Assembly (NCBI GenBank): GCA_023213395.1
Contig: CM041465.1
Location: 208,699,741 to 208,763,740 of the forward strand
Length of the DNA: 64,000 bases
Direction: 5' to 3'
From: Cycas panzhihuaensis
Taxonomy: Eukaryota > Plantae > Cycadophyta
Shown: in pieces, positions 27,447 through 39,500 of the stretch
Position numbering within the stretch: the stretch's first letter is position 1
Layout of the letters: every line of letters starts with the position of its first letter
The notes under the pieces: generated by a model
What the model was told of the DNA's origin: nothing
What the model saw: the letters and a program-made list of their open reading frames with translations, nothing else
The model's database searches: none
Translations under genes and position numbers: made by a program

Positions 27447-28375
27447 CTACCCCCTTAGCAGCAAAGTCTCTTCAACTTGTGGCTAGAAGATGACGAATGT
27501 TGCTAACACAAAAGACGTAAAATGCAATAATGATAATCAAATGTGTGTATAGCACGGGATGATGTCTACGATAATGGTGCCTCATTAGCAGAAGGTCAGA
27601 GGGTGTTGCCGTTAGTTTAGCCTCCTAGGGAAGCTATGACGGAGAAGCTAGGGAGGATGATGGGTCGGTGACCAGATCAATCCAAGTGGCCTGTGGCTAC
27701 AAGTCCTAGATGTGTACAAAATGGGGGTGTCAAGCGATGGAGGTGTTGCCTTGATGGTAAGACAAAGTGGGCAACATGGTTCAAGATAAGGGCTTGGAAG
27801 CCCAAAGCCCCTTGGATATGTGAAGTGGTGCCTCAAATACCCAAGGGATAGACTCAATGAGTCTAAGTGGGTCACCATAGTTTAACCTCAATAGCATTCA
27901 TCTTTCAGAAAAGGAATTGTTTGGGCTCATTTTAGAGCCATATGTTTTGGATTTTTGGGTATTTTATATATTTTTTGTATTGTTTTGTTGATTTTATGAT
28001 TTTTTTGGATTTTTCAATGGTTTTATATTGTCTTGTTTTGTGATTTTGTGAATGGCTTGCTAGAGAAAGAAATAAGCTAACTAAAGAAATAACAGTGAAA
28101 CAATGAAAAGGACAAGGATATGGGGTGCCAAGGAGCAATGCAACCTAGGAGGGCCATGATCTAGTCCAATATATACAAATATACAAGATAGTTTACCCTC
28201 ATTTCGGAACATGGTGGCAGTTTAGGCTTTCACCAAAGTATGAGGGAAGCTTTGGCAGCATGGCTTAACTTTCAAAAGGATCTAAAGATGTTGGGGGTTG
28301 TCACCATAGTTTAGCCTCTTCAGTAAGTGCCCCTTAGAGGTGAGACTAGGGGGGATTACCTCCTAGATGGACATC

Positions 28376-28814
28376 TCAATGGGAGGCACATTGGACTGAA
28401 GAAGGGTTATTTACTAATGGAAAACGACGCTCAAGGATGAAAGCCACTAACCTATCAGTCTCAGTGTTAAGTCCACGTGGGATATGATGGATTGAGATAG
28501 AAGAGAACTGAGCCAAAAGGGACCTAGCAGAAGCGGCTAAAGATCTCAGTTGAGGGCAATGGACCTGGTAAACCTGAGTGAGATGGGACATGACGAGCTA
28601 GGAGCCAAAATACAGAACAACGGGGTCATGATGAAAACGCTGACGTCAAGGCCTCAATAATAGCAATGTACTTAGCTATGTTATTGGTGGCGACTGGTAT
28701 GTAGACTCCGGATCGGATAACGGTGTACCCATGGTGGTCTCGAATGGTCCATATTGCAACATAAGGCCCAAGATTGCCATGGCTACCCCTATTGGTGTGG
28801 ATGATCAATGCCAT
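28376..28814 (-). pseudogene. Stand-alone archaeal/actinobacterial-type RNase HI (aRH-like) pseudogene inside X
   Basis: MALIIHTNRGSHGNLGP..G.YIPVATNNIAKYIAIIEAL / S.LV...YQV..PQL..L...A..L...F..I.IHHIPR.LN.ETDRL matches the DGGSRGNPG / TNNxAEY / DSxLV / HIPRxxNxxAD pattern; one frameshift near 28620. Confidence 0.85.
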
Positions 28815-29268
28815 GGGGATAATGCAAAGACAACTCAAGATAGAGTCACTGAATAAGGGGATATGGCGGGAAACAAACAATCCACAAAAGGACTCAGGCG
28901 GGCATGGTGTTCTGACTGAAATGACAAGAAAGGCTTAGTCCTTGAGAATGATTATGTACCAGTGTCGCAACCTCCTATGAGATCTACCCAAAGCAGTAGC
29001 CATGCCAAGTAGGTTTCAACCATGATCAAGACCACGATGGGTCCACACAACCGGATCTAAAGGTCCTAAATGGCCCATATGTCTAGACCCAACCTACAAA
29101 CCACAGGTGGGGGCGAGGTTGTCACACAACTTGTCTCAGATGCCAAGGAGGTGGCAGTGGATATGCTCCCTTAAAACATATATTGTTTTATACTCTCTTT
29201 TTTCTTTTTTTTTCCCTTCTTGTTTCCTTTTTTTTTCTTTATTTTTGTTTTTAGGGCTTTAAGGGAGC

Positions 29269-29316
<48 letters not shown>

Positions 29317-29545
29317 ATATATATGTATATATATATGTATATATATATATATGTATGTATATATATATGTATGTATATATATATGTATGTATATATATAT
29401 GTATGTATATATATATATATATGTATATACATACATATATATATATATATATATACATACATGTATATATATATATATATATGTATCTACATATATGTAT
29501 ATGTATATATATATACATATATGTATATACATATATACATATATG

Positions 29546-29577
<32 letters not shown>

Positions 29578-29580
29578 TAT

Positions 29581-29623
<43 letters not shown>

Positions 29624-29660
29624 CATATATACATATATATATCTATATATGTATGTATAT

Positions 29661-29700
<40 letters not shown>

Positions 29701-29711
29701 GTGTATGTATG

Positions 29712-29758
<47 letters not shown>

Positions 29759-29770
29759 GTATGTATGTAT

Positions 29771-29838
<68 letters not shown>

Positions 29839-29843
29839 ATATA
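29269..29843. repeat. compound microsatellite (AT)n/(ATGT)n/(ATAC)n/(AC)n
   Basis: About 575 bp of simple repeats; all YIYI/HTHT ORFs here are artefacts. Confidence 0.98.
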
Positions 29844-31380
29844 GTCGCTTGAGCGGTGTGAGGTAGGCATGGAGGCAAATCAGACCATGAGGATGCTAAG
29901 AGAACTTGTCGTATCAGCTATACTTTAACAGTGAGCACAACCAAATCATGAGTGACTAATGAGGAGGGTCAAACCACAAGATGTAATGGGCAAGTCATGT
30001 GACAATCCTGAGTCTCTATTGTGGGGCATGCATGGAACAAGGCCCTTAAGTTAGTGGCCATAGAGAACCAAGACATCCAGCTGTAACAAGTGCCAAACTA
30101 GACACCAAAGGCTTATGTCCAAGTTGCGAATGAAGTGGAATGATGCTCAGGTGAAATCGGGATGATGAAAGAGGGCCACAAGCTGAGAGAATGTTGCTCC
30201 ATGAGTAGGATAGTATGCAAACAAAAGTTGGCAAAGGAGGAGCCAAGGGCACCTAAAAAGCTCGGTCAATAATCAAGAGGATGGCAGGGGAGACTTATGG
30301 GCTGATAGCATGGTTAGGGGGAGGTCAGAGCTATAAATGATAGAACCAAAGGTGTAATTAAGTGCATACAAAGCAATTTTAGGAGTGATAAAGGTCATAG
30401 AGCTAATGTGAAAATGGGGATCAAGTGATAGTTGACATGTGGGATCCAATGGAACCCATAAATACTAGTTTATACTCATGGAGGAGTCCCCATGCCCCCA
30501 TGGAGAATGTCTGTGTGGAAGGGAGGCTCATCGTGGATCTCATGGCACCATCGAGGGTGCAAAGAGCTACACCTTATGGGTGTGTGATGGTGAAAAACAT
30601 ACTTTTTTTTCTAAATTTTGCAAATAGCATTTACATGTGACAGTTTATACTCATGACAAAGTAAAAGTGCTCTCGTGGAGAAAGATCTAGACGGTGGCGA
30701 AGGATCAAAATGGGGTAACGTATGCAATGTGGTGAGGTGCCCCCTATGGGAGCAACAATATCCACAGGCAAACATAGTTTAGGCTCATTTTGTAGAGAGG
30801 TTCCCATATAAGGCGATATCCTTGCCTATGGCAAAGGATGAGATATGTAATCAGCACAATGTGGTGCCATTCCCCCAATGAGGGCAATAGACATCATGAA
30901 TGATGGTAGTTTAGGCTCATTTTGGAGCATGCTGGCAGTTTAAGCTCATGCTAGAGCACATTTACCCCAAATGAGGGCAAAGGTGAGCTACAAGAACTGT
31001 TGAATAGGCCCACATGGGGCATGTCCAAAATGAAGATAAAGGGTGGGAGAGCATGGATCATGCTCCGACTCAAGGGAAGGAATGGATATAAATGAATCAC
31101 GGGTAGTGAGTCCATCATGGGATAATGGTGACTCGCACTCATGATTTGAGTCATGGGTAGGAGGGGCTTGATTGGAACCAAGCGACAAGGTGATAGAAAG
31201 CGAGAGATCCTCCCTACACTGAACCTTATTTAGAGTGTGGTAGGGGAGCTGGATGGGTCTTAGCGCTCAATGAGAGCCTAGACCGCAAAGGGGTAGTATG
31301 TGAAGGTCATGGGGCAGTGCCTGGATGAGCAACGCATCAAGGTGTGCTCCCTCAAGCAATTGTTCAAGTAAAAGTTCACT

Positions 31381-33838
31381 AGCGAAATGCTCTGATAGAT
31401 TAGGGTATGGATTGCTATCACTTTTATCTATGCTAAAGCCCTAGGGTGTAAGAGTTTTAATAGAAGCACTCAAATTCCACAATGCCAACCCTAGGCATCC
31501 GTGCACTTCGCGAATGCAGTTGCAAGGGCGATTCTACGAATGGCCTATCAAGAGGAAACTAGACTAAGGGCAGTGGATGTGTGCATGTGCATTTGAGTGA
31601 GCATACGGATTTGTTTCACAAAGGGACCTATGGCCAACTATGGAACAAAAACATATACCTAAATGCAACTAAATGCTCTGTCGTTAAAATGGAAAACAAT
31701 TGGCTTGCCTTAAGTAAAGCCACAGTCTCCCCTTGCGGATTCGAGACTCGCAACAAGCGATCCCTCCTCATGTCTTGAGTTATGTACCTAATAGCAAGCA
31801 ACAATGTTCAATTCCCTACTCTTGTGACGGATGAAATGCAAGGTCCAAAATGAAAATAAATAGACAAAAGAAGATAATATTTTTTTACTTTTTCTTTTCC
31901 TCTTTTTTTTGGGGAACAAAGAAAGGGGAGAAACAATTACAAGAGATTTTCTCTCTCTCTCTCTCTCTCTTTTAAAAGATGAAAATAAAGGAAAAAAGGG
32001 GAAAGAAAGAGTGAGTAGTGAGATGAAAGCTTCTTTTCTTTTTCCTATCCCCTTCCCTTTTGCTAATGCAACAAAGAAATTTGTTTCCCCTTTTTTCCTC
32101 TTTTCTTTTTGTTTCATATTCTTTTCTTTTCTTTTCCTTTTTCTTTTGATAAGAACGTAACAACAAATTAAACTTAACAAAGGTCTATGTGGTTACATGG
32201 TGGTTGCTTGCCATGTATAGCTTCCTTCCAACGTGTTGGGAGTTTTCCAAGAAGGCAAAGGGAAAACCAAGATACCACTGAACTAGTTCTAAAGCAAATT
32301 CAGCAACATCTGCTTGGTGGATATGCTATGGTAAAGAAAAAGCATAGCAAAAAGATTTTGAAAATGAAAGTAAAAGGCAAAAACAGGGTTTTGGCCTTAC
32401 CTTTTCAGGGGAGCAGCTAGTATGAAGACTTCTAAGGAGTTGCTTGACGTGGACATTGATATCTTGGAGAACTTGTTGGCTTTTTTTTATTCTCTATAAT
32501 CAAGCTACAGTCCTACAAGGCAAAGAGTCTTCCAAGGCATCCAACAACTATACATATATATCTCTAACAATATCAAATGATTCCTTATGGAAAACAAGTT
32601 CTATCTAAAGGAAACAAAGCAAAGAAACAAGGTTGGTGGAGGTACCTCAGAATGGCTATTGTCCTCCAAATATTGGTGGGCTCCCAAAGAGTACTTAGGT
32701 GCCACCTTCCCCTTTGCAACAGCTAGGCCTATGGCAAAATGAGGTGCAAAAGGAAAAAAAAACAAAAGGCTTGACAAAGATGTAAAGCATCAAGAAGGGA
32801 AACAACCTACCAGTTCACAAGAAACATGTCAAGTAAATAGAAAGGCAAACATATCTAAGAAACAAGATACTAGTGTAAGGAGATAGGATTACCAATCCAA
32901 ATGGAAGGATGTGGCCTATGGTTGCAAGTTTCCTCTCCAAGTGATCTCCAAAGCTAAGTAGTACAATACCCTCCAAGATGCAATCAACAATGAAGAAGAG
33001 TGCGAACCGAGAATGCCAAATTCCAATGAAATTTTGGCAACATAACAATAGGGTGTCTTGATCTCTTAGTCTCCTCCCTTTCCAATGGAAAAAAGGAGGG
33101 GATTAAGTAGATGAAGGCAAGGTGTGGGGTTGGTGGTTTTCAACCGACAATGTGGGGAAAACCACCAAACCAAAACTATGAGTTTGCTTATGGTTTGATG
33201 CAAATTACATGGGATAAGGAAGATTTGGGTAGGATTTTGGCCTCTTGGGCCACTTAAATATGACAAGGGTTGACCTCAGGCCGACACAGTTCATCCAGGT
33301 CTTACAAATGACCATTAATAAGATGACTGTCACCAAAAATCCCAAATTTGGGTAAGTGATAGTCATACTACGAATATATTTGTAGTATCGCAAAGTACTT
33401 CACAATACTGCTATTGCAAGCAGAAAACACAACAATGTGGCAACAATTTTTATTTTTAAGCAAAATAATTATGCAATTTGGCCAAAACTCATTAATGAAG
33501 GATTTTAGGTACAAGTGTAGTCAGCAACAAGTGGTAGGGAGTGAAAAAAAGGGCCCGATGGATCAAAACAAAGAAGAATCAATGTTGCAAAGGGGGAAGA
33601 ATGACACCTTTTTCAGCCTAAAGAGCCCAATGGGTGTATTAACAACCATGGACCGAAGTCGTACTCGTCATCAATAAAAAGGGACATGGATAGACAACAC
33701 ATACAAGCAAATAAAACATACGTGCACTATCTAAGATCATGATAAAATGAATCTATGAGGTGTAAAAAGAATAGCAAAGCATACTTGGACTTCCCTATAT
33801 GTTGCCATGTCCATGCCATTCCCGGAAGCCAGGAAACA
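31381..33838 (-). repeat. Terminal direct repeat of X, copy 2
   Basis: Colinear with copy 1. Confidence 0.93.
31659..32728 (-). pseudogene. Putative decayed multi-exon gene of unknown function within the X terminal repeat (second copy about 25268-26367)
   Basis: GT..AG-bounded U-rich introns 32729-32892, 32548-32645 and 32326-32400; candidate exons 32646-32728, 32401-32547, about 32190-32325 and 31659-31787. Reading frame uncertain. Confidence 0.45.
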
Positions 33839-36534
33839 AAATGTGGAACAATTATTACTTAACAACAAGGTTCTTTGTATTTTTAGGATAATGCATCTGC
33901 TACTACGTTTTCCTTTCCTTTTTACAAGAGATTTCAAAGTCATAGTCTTGTATCTTGTGGAGCATTTTTGTTGTTCTTTTGATAGATTAGCTTGCTAGAG
34001 GAAGCATTTTAGGCTATGGTGGTATGTTTGTACTATGAATTTTGTTCCTAATAATTATTACCTCCATTTAGCTAAGGCATGCAAGATAGCTAGCATTTCT
34101 TTATCGTAGGTGATTTTGGCCTTTTCTCAAAGGTTGAGTTTTCTGCTCTCATATGATATTGGATGGTCATTTTGGAGTAAACTATGCCAATCCCCGTTCC
34201 TAAAGGATTGTATTCTACTAGGAATGTTTGGGAAAAGTTTGGTAAGGATAAGACTAATGCAGTTGTGACTATTATCTTGAGGTTTTTGAAGCTTTGGTTT
34301 TCCTCTTTGTTCCATCTAAAGCTATCCTTCTCGGTGAGATCTATTAGTCAGCATGTGATCGTAACATAACCTTTTAGAAACTTCCTGTAGCATCTTGTGA
34401 GCCCTAGGAATCCATATAGCTTGGAAACATTTTTGGGAATGGGCCAATCTAGTATTGCTTGAATCTTTATTAGATCTATTTGGATTCCTTTCTCTGATAT
34501 AACATGTCCTAGGTATTGTATTGTTTTCCTCCTGAAGTAGCATTTTGACCTTTTCACAAAGAAGTTGTTATCTCTCAAGATTTGTAGGACCTTTTGAAGG
34601 TGATGTAAGTGTTCTTGCCATGTTTTGTTGCAAATTAGTATATCATCAAGAAATAGCATGACAAATACATTGAGATAGAAAGCAAAAATATGATTCATGT
34701 TAGCTTGGAATGTTGCAAGGGCATTGGTTAGCACAGAGGGCATGACTTTAAAGTCATATAGCCTTTGTTGTGTTTTGAAGGCAATTTTCTCTGTTTCTTG
34801 TTGTCTAATAGGGATCTGGTAGTATCTAGAGTGGAGGTCGATCTTAGTAAAGGATTTTGCACCATGTAATTCATTTATGATATTGTCTATTTGAGGGATT
34901 GGATATTTATTCTTCAATGTTACCTCATTTAGACTGCGTTAATCCACACATAATCTGAATGAACCATCCTTTTTATGTGCAAGTACTATTGGTGTTGCAT
35001 AGGAATTTTTACTTAGTATGACTAAACCTATGTCCTAAAATTCTTGTGTGAGTCTCTCTATTTTGGTATTTGTTCATGTCTGTAGTGATACAATCTTTGT
35101 ATAATTGGTCTAATTCCAAGTTCCAACCCCATTATATGTTCCACGTTTCTTGTGGGTGGTATAGATCTTGGAAGTTCTTGGAATATGCCTTGATAGTTAT
35201 CTAAGATTTGGTCTACTTGTTGTTTTTGATCTAAAGGTAATTGGTCACATGTATCTTCCAGTTGAATTACAAATAATCTGACAATGAATCCAACATTTTC
35301 TTTTGGGAGTATTTTATTCATTTTTTCTACAAAGACGATGGAATTTTTTTAAGCTTTGATGCCTGTTAGCTGATATCTTTGTCCTCCCTTTCTAAACCTA
35401 ATGAAGTTTTTGTCGTGGTTTAGGGTGTATGTCTCAAGTGTGCTCAGCCATTCAACTCCCAAGATATATTCAAATCCGCTAATTGGAAATGTATGGTAGT
35501 CCAAAGAGAATTGGTAGTTGCTAATATGAAGTTGTTGGTATTTTACTTCTCCTTCACAAGTTATTGACTATTCTCCTAGGATGGAAGTTTTAAAATCTTT
35601 TGTGTTTTCTATTTGTAATGCGACTCTTTTGGCAACTTGGATGTTAATGAAATTATGGGTGCTACTTGGATAGATGAGTGCTATTACTTGATCTGTCCTT
35701 AGGAATCCAAAAATTTTTATTGTATTTGGTCTTTGGATCCCTAACATGATTGCAAGCAATATCTATGGTTGTCCATCGATTAATTATGGCATGGCTAGTT
35801 CTTTGTCTATTATTTCAAGATTTTCTTAGGGTTCATCATTATCATCCTCTTCTATTTCTACAAAGAAAAGCTTTCTTGCAATGTAAGTGTGTCCTTTGCT
35901 CCATGGTTTCTTGTGAGTATGGTAGAGGCTAAGGGCCCTCTCCTTTACTCTTTCAATTTGATGAGTTTGTTGTGTAGTGTTTGTGTAGAAATTCAAAACT
36001 AAGATGGATGAAGAACCTAAATGAGTGGATTAACTTAATCACCTAATGCAAATTATTTTCACAAAATGACATAAATATCAACCTCATAAACTTCTCTCAT
36101 TAACTTTGTTACAATGCACAATATGTGCTCAAGTACAAACCTAATTGTAATGTTGATTCCAAAAGGATCGACACATGTGAGGTGAAAGTGTAACCCCCAA
36201 TAACTCACCAACTCACATAACATTAAAAAGCTAACAACTAATTAAATACAAAGATTAAAGGGGAGGCTCATGACCTAAAGTATGAGCCACAATACACATT
36301 AAATGTCAACACCCCCCCTTAATGTTTATTTCATTTACTCTAACACCTAACCATCTTGAAAGTCTGGAATCTATCACATGCCAATGGTTTGGTGAAGATG
36401 TCAACCAACTATTCTTATGTTGGCCTATACACCATCTCAATCATAACTTTCTGAATCAATTCATGAATAAAGTGAGGGTGCAGCTCAATATGTTTGGTGT
36501 GATCATGCAACACAGGATTCTTTTCAATCTTCAA

Positions 36535-39500
36535 TGTAGGGGGCCTAGACCTCAAACTATAGATAGAGATAATATTTTCCAGCAGATAGCATACATTTAC
36601 AACAATAATTTTTCATAAAATATTATTCAGAAGACATTGTTCAACCATCCATGTAGTATAACATCCATAAATTGATAAAATAACAACAGAAATTGAAGTA
36701 ATAAATAATAGCAGAACAATAGAACCTGATACAGTGTCAAATTATGAAGTAACCCTCTTTGAGGTGAGATCAGTCCTCCAAATAGGCACAAGGCCCTAAT
36801 TGCATGAGGCCATTATTCCAAGTAATAATAAATTCTCCAAGATTTGTTTACAAATGATCAAGGCTTTCCTATTTATAGCCTTTATTTCTCTCTTAAATAA
36901 CTCCTAACTCTCTCTCAAAAAAAATGTCTTCATAATGAAATATATTAAATGATTCTTTCCTTAATCCTCCTAAAACCAACTTACTAATAAATGTATTGAA
37001 TAATAATTCCCTATATAAAAGTTGACTTCCTCTTCATTTGGGAATGCTACAATTCCCCTCCCCTTAAACTAATACTTTGCCCTCAAAGTATTGGGAATTT
37101 CTTGTAGCTTGGTTTGGTCCTGTTTTGACCTGAGTTTGCAACCACCACCTACTAAATTCTATCTGTCATAAAGATTAGGTTCAATTTTGTGCCTTTTATG
37201 GAACTTTGCTAATAAGCATCTTGAATTCACTGATGCTTGTTCCTGGGGCCAAGTACATGTTGTATCTTGTCCTGTATTGAAGGGATCCTGGGACCTATGA
37301 GGTGCGTCAGATGCCTTGTCCTAATCTTGCTTTGTGTTTGCACATTTTATCCTTAGAAGGAATGACTTATAGAATGATAGGTGATTAGAATACTGAGAAT
37401 TGTTGTGGGGAATGTTATGATGGAATTTGGAAAGTTGGTAAAAGAATTGATCATAAGGATATTGAATTGGTGATTGCTTAGTGAAAAAAGAAATGGAAGA
37501 AGTGGGATTTTGAATGGTGATCAACCACAACTTTGAAGGTATAGAAAGAAAGGATGAACTTTGGATTTTGACTTGGATGAGAATTTGTGCAATGTTTGTT
37601 TGACCACAAGAATTCATTAGGGAAAAAGATGGATGAGGGATTTTTTATAGACGTCTTTTATGAAAAAAGGACTTTAATAGGGGTTTAGGAATGGTATTTA
37701 GAGAAAATGATAGATTAATGAAAAAAATAATATTGGTAGTATGGAGATGATGGGGGTTGGGACGGACCAAATGGGGTTTTGTAGGGGGTAATCATTGTAC
37801 TATGCGATGAAACTTGACAAAATGACAATGTATGGTTTAGAATAGCTTGATGAGGGAAATTTCTAGGGGGGGAAAAGTGTGTAAAGATGACATTAAACTA
37901 GGGTTGTATAAGGGAATTGGGATTTGTTCTACAATGCAGTGGGAGTTAAGGGATTTTGTGTTTTGGTTGGCTATGGAAAGGGGAGAAAAAAGTGCCTCTA
38001 CTACTACTAAGTTTGGAAATGAGAGGACAACAAAAGTTTCCGAACAAAATGTGCATGTGCATCACAAGATTGAGAGCTACCTTGAGTACCTTATTAGGTT
38101 CGCATGTGGCTCACTAAGTTTCTTCTTCAGATTCTTTTACATCCACTAGTTGTTCTCTCTCTTGTTCTTCCACATTTTCGTGTTGCTCCTGTGCAACTTC
38201 TCCTTAGATATCTTCCTTGGTCTCAATTTGCCTTTCGCCAAATTCTTCTAGTAGGTGATTAATTGTGCCTAGTGTGTGTCTTTTGCATAGTTATGTTGTT
38301 CGCTCTGAACTAGTTCTTGTTCATATTCCTATAAGGTCTCAGTGATCTCCTATATATTCACTTGTTCTTCTTCTTTTTCTTCTTCTACATTTTTCCCTTT
38401 GACTAGTTGCTTTGATACCTTGGTATCCTCACCCTACTCATGGGTTTGTGGGTGTCAAAGTATTCCCTCTACTTGAATTTTACCTTGTTTCTATTGCTTG
38501 AAAGCTCCGATACATGCATATTGAAACCGACACCAATGGGAGAATATGAATACTTCTTTAGTCCAATTAATGAACCAATCATGAGCTCTTCCTTCTAGTA
38601 AACATTCTTAAATTGGTCCATACTCTTTGAATTTTGTATCAAACATGAATTCATGATTGATCTCGATCATTTCTAGCCATTTTCTTAGGTCATCATATTC
38701 ATCCAAATTAAAAAAATCTGTCTTCATTTTTTTTCTTTGTCAATGAAGGCTACAATTCAATGATTAAAATCTATATCGTGTGATGGTCAAGACTATCACA
38801 TATGACCACTTGAATCGATCATCTCTAAATTGAGATTCCAATAGTTCAAATGGCACAGAGATCTGGTACTTGTAACCCAAGTTATGGATGAAAACATCTA
38901 GGTACCTTGTTTGAAAAGTCAACTTAAAAAAAAAAGGAATTTTATTAGCCCCTTGTAGGGCTTAGCCCCTAGTCACCTAGGGTTAGTATGTGACCACCTG
39001 ATAACAAAAAGGTTGTGAACTCTAATGACTTTTCCAATGTAACTAAATGTGATCAAACTTTAGGAAAATAAAATTTTGTTCAGACTTTCAACATCACTAT
39101 TTTTTTTTCTCTGCTCGATGCTCGTGTCACTAGGACAAGCATCCTCTCAAAAGTCTATCTTTTGTGGCACTATATCATGGACTTCTCAAATGTCCATCCT
39201 GTGCTTCCTCTATGACCTATAACTACATATCCCCTCTGTTCTCAAGAATCGCCCATCTGATACCCCTTATATCAATGCCCTAATGATGTACTTAATCTAT
39301 AGTGTTTGCACCTCGAGTCTGGCAGTAATTTCATTCAACTCTCCCATTTTGTACAAGGGTATAGGTGCTTGATTATGATCTATGATGAGATAACCACACT
39401 CCCACATTGATTGTAGTCAACTAGATTAATCTCCTCGCAGTGTAATGCTCCTCATCTTGGTGATCTCACATGACCTCCTCCTCATCCTGGCGACCTCACA

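Larger units (their letters stand above)
24986..33838 (-). mobile_element. Element X: 8.85 kb with 2.45-kb direct terminal repeats, no gag/RT/INT (LARD-like or unclassified)
   Basis: 24986-27446 aligns along its whole length with 31381-33838 (about 85% by eye). Outer ends TG...CA; PPT-like AAGGGGGTAG (minus, 27447-27456); flanks CAATGGGGA / AAATGTGGA; interrupts the chromovirus D reading frame. Confidence 0.88.
13860..35983 (-). mobile_element. Ty3/gypsy chromovirus D, fragmented by nested insertions (pieces about 13860-15523, 24970-24985, 33839-35983)
   Basis: PR (ALIYPSSTHNFI), RT (KNKYPIPQID, KIDLHSRYYQI, LFLDDILI), RNase H (YESRKL, KGKENVVADALS), integrase, chromodomain (EPEEIL..EYLIKWKNL..EATWE, about 14170-14300), PPT about 14121-14133 and partial 3' LTR starting TGTTATGGACC at 14119. 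The pieces rejoin in frame as ...VIIVPHWLDKIHQEY. Confidence 0.9.

Noticed and set aside
28376-28814. Recent bacterial horizontal transfer or contamination (RNase HI)
   Set aside because: The sequence is decayed like its neighbours and embedded in plant TEs, which are known to carry this RNase H type.
29171-29878. Many long ORFs ([12 protein letters not shown])
   Set aside because: Translations of the microsatellite in all frames; not genes.
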